A DNA stretch of 63,893 nt, filler included, from Hyphochytrium catenoides (lineage: Eukaryota; Protista; Hyphochytriomycota), in NCBI GenBank assembly GCA_900088475.1. It is 8 parts of 8 records of this genome, joined end to end, with 100 filler letters (N's around TTAATTAATTAA, not from the genome) between each part and the next. Parts side by side here need not be neighbours in the genome. Positions count along the whole stretch, not along the records: positions 59,848 to 63,893 come from FLMG01002330.1; 7 more parts are not named here. One strand, given 5' to 3'. Positions 61,293 to 63,893 of the stretch are shown piece by piece. The notes beneath the pieces are model-generated. The model made no database searches and had not been told where the DNA came from. It was given only the letters and a program-made list of their open reading frames with translations. Numbering within the stretch: the stretch's first letter is position 1; every line of letters starts with the position of its first letter. The position numbers were made by a program, and so were the translations under genes.

Positions 61293-61629
61293 GCCTTGCC
61301 TGGCACTACATCTCAAACAGACATCATTGAGAGAGTTAGTCTACGACTGAGACTCTACCAGCGCGCACTGCATGCGACGGTATGGTTCTGATGCCCCTAA
61401 TAATAATGTAGCCTGCACGCCATGCTCGTACGATGATCTAGGCCCTCAGTCGGCAAGGGCTTCAATCCTTACTAATCTTAGCCTCAAGGCACCTCTTCTG
61501 GGACTGGGTGCATCACATTCTTCGTCCCAACTCGCTGTTCCTCTCTCATCTCGTTACTCTTGGAGGCTTTCTGCTTTCTGTCTCTCCCTCTTCCCTTCTC
61601 TCTCCCTCCCAATGCTCCCTCCTAGAAAA

Positions 61630-61704
61630 ACTCAACTCTCTCTCTCCTTCTCTGTATCCATCTCTCTCTCTCTCTTTTTCTCTCTCTCTCTCTGTCTCTC
61701 TCTC

Positions 61705-61736
<32 letters not shown>

Positions 61737-61750
61737 GCTCTCTCTCTTTC
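61630..61750. repeat. (CT)n microsatellite tract
   Basis: TC dinucleotide runs. Confidence 0.85.
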
Positions 61751-62344
61751 TGCCTGTTTCCGTCTCACTACCGCTAACGGCACTATATCCCTAACCAGAA
61801 TGAGTAGTTCTAAATAGGGCGTGATTCTAGTGCTTGCAGGAAAGCGGCTTCAGGGGTCAAAGACCTTGTTCTATATTCAGGCCTCTCTTTCACTAAGATC
61901 CGAAATCATGCGACTGAGCAGGGGTTACTTCAGAAATCATCTTCGGAAGCCGCTTTGAGTGATCTTTCACGTTGCGTTTGCCAGGTAAATGTTAGCCTTT
62001 AGCGCTGCGTGAGTGAACCCATCATCTTTTGGAAAGTGTGTCTTTGATGATTGGCAAGCTCTGTTGATTCTTTCTCTCTCTGACGGTGATGGGCCACGGC
62101 GACCTAGGCCTGACAGACGTCCAGGTAAGGAAGGAGAAGCTTTTTATCGGCGCCTCAGCCCGCAGCAGGGCTCAATGGGCGGAGCAGGGAGTGGTAGTAA
62201 GAAGAGTCAAAGCGACCAGCTCTTAGGTTCTGCAGATATGTTAAGGCAGGGGCTATTGGCCATGCGCTAAAGACGGAGGATTGAACACTTGATTAGTCTG
62301 GAGAGATAGCAAGCTCGTGCGGCGAGTAAATTGATCCTCACAAG

Positions 62345-63893
62345 ATGGCTCGGACGATAGAGGTGAAGCAGGTGAAGGCCAAGAAGGATGGAAGTAAGTA
62401 GCACGAAATATGAGACCAGTTCTGTTGGCGGCATGCCTAACCCTGCAGTCTCTTTCCGGCGTACCTCTTTATTTCTTTGCAGAATGCCTGGCCATCCTCC
62501 TCTACGCAGTTCATACCATTTCACTGGTTTTCGCTGTGCTCCTGGCGCTGACAGCACTATCGGTGATGGGCTCACCCTCCTCTAGAGTGACTCTGCCCGG
62601 CTTCGCACAGGACATTTGCCTGTACTTTGGCATCATCTCCATAGCGGGCTCTATCATAGCTATCGCTGGAGTGCGCATGCACATTACCTACATTCTAGGC
62701 AAACAGTTCAATGTTCTCCTCTGTCTGGTGAGTGAACGCTCAGACTATTCATCCCATGCACAGCAAGGCCTATCATTGAATGTTACTCTTCCCAGTACTT
62801 GTTGGTGGCCATAATATCTGCAGGACTCATAATACTAGGGGGAGCGGCATCCATTGCTATGACTAACGTGATCCAGGACGTGGCGGAGATACATACGCTG
62901 CCCCCAAGATCAAAAGTGCCATCGGAAGCCGTCAAGGCGTTTGAAGTTTACAGCATCGAGTCTATCGCTACTCTATCGTCGGCCAACCCTGAGAGGTGGC
63001 TGCAGATCCAAGAGAGTCTAAGCTGTTGTGGGTACACTAATGGCTCCAAGATTGACTGGTACATTGAACCAGAGGTGAGGGGTCTGAGAAATTCTCTAGA
63101 CTCTACTTGCTCCTGCATTTGTGAAGGCACAAACAGCTTGTTGAACTTCGATAGAATATGGGTCCTAGTCTTTGTACAACGTTATACGCTCCTCCATTCC
63201 CCACCATCTCCTGCTTTCCGCTGTCTCTCTCCTAGCCACGCACTCCCTCTCTCTGTTTCCCTTGCTCTTATAGTCAGATCTTGCCTCCCTTTCATCCTTG
63301 TTAGCATCTCCTCTTGACTCCATCCATCTTCAAGTCTTTGGTGGCCTTCATGTGCAACTTCCCTAGTCTTCTTCTTCTAATCGCCCGGTTGCTTGCTTCC
63401 TACCTTAGATCGTAGCTCTAAACGGCAAAATTCAAACGTATGAAGCTGCCTGCCACTCCCGTTGCTACACGGCTAAGGGCCGTGGTGGTACAGTTGAGTG
63501 TCCCTCTGTCTCTTGGTGTAAGGAAGTAGTTCTAGGGATCGATCACGTCAGTCTCTTTTACATGGGCTTGGGCATGATTCTCTATGGCAGTTATCAGGTA
63601 CACTCGCGGCATTCTAGGGAGTCCAACCACTTCATCCCCAGTCTTTCTATCCACCGCCTTCCAGCGAAGACAGCTTTATGCCCTACAATTGTCATATTGA
63701 GTTCTGGGTTTAACTTCTTTAGGTCCTGATTTTTCCCTCCAACTGGCCGCTGTCCCCTTAATATTCTGCTCGACCTCTATGCCGCCTATTTGATTCCATT
63801 GTCATCCCTTCTGCTTATTGATTCCATTGTCATCCCTTCTGCTTTCCGTCGTAGGTCATCTTGGTGCTGGTGACAGCGTATTTCTTTATCCTA
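62345..63893 (+). CDS. Tetraspanin family protein, multi-exon, runs off the window end
   Basis: Short N-terminus and three TM segments, then a large loop with WLQIQESLSCCGY and further Cys residues (ACHSRC, ECPSVSWC), then a fourth TM. Confidence 0.8.
63790..63845. repeat. 28-bp tandem duplication in an intron next to the 3' splice site
   Basis: TTGATTCCATTGTCATCCCTTCTGCTT present twice. Confidence 0.9.

Noticed and set aside
19-61794. Many S/L-rich or R/E-rich ORFs (e.g. 19..360, 13770..14288, 36064..36573, 41603..41893, 46172..46855)
   Set aside because: They are translations of (CT)n/(GA)n microsatellites, which lack stop codons.
1-63893. tRNA or rRNA genes
   Set aside because: None recognised by eye; tRNAscan-SE/Infernal would be needed to exclude them.

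Overview
Eukaryotic, intron-rich (GT-AG) genomic DNA from a flagellated protist. A stramenopile affinity is inferred from gene content: IFT80, OvoA, a hybrid histidine kinase, a WRKY19-like zinc finger and a GH43-like/Gly-rich giant protein. The window is not contiguous. Seven artificial 100-nt linkers (44 N + TTAATTAATTAA + 44 N) join eight contigs: 1-7968, 8069-27502, 27603-34053, 34154-41459, 41560-50314, 50415-57441, 57542-59747 and 59848-63893. Genes reconstructed by hand, in window order: a C-x4-C/C-x2-H zinc-finger protein; a TLDc protein; a Pumilio/PUF protein; a >12 kb gene combining Gly-rich repeats, a lectin-like segment and a GH43-like propeller interrupted by EF-hands; an intronless PAS-PAS hybrid histidine kinase; a NAK-family kinase; RTRAF; a small DnaJ-type zinc-finger protein; intronless ovoA; IFT80; a histidine phosphatase; a partial kinase; a partial membrane protein; and a tetraspanin. 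(CT/GA)n microsatellites are abundant and produce most of the spurious ORFs. The most notable unexplained structures are: (1) a ~330-nt near-perfect foldback at 28635-28962 that resembles a miRNA/hpRNA precursor and may derive from an adjacent Copia remnant; (2) the EF-hand-interrupted GH43-like giant protein; and (3) introns whose two ends are mutually complementary. All family assignments come from motif recognition, not database searches.
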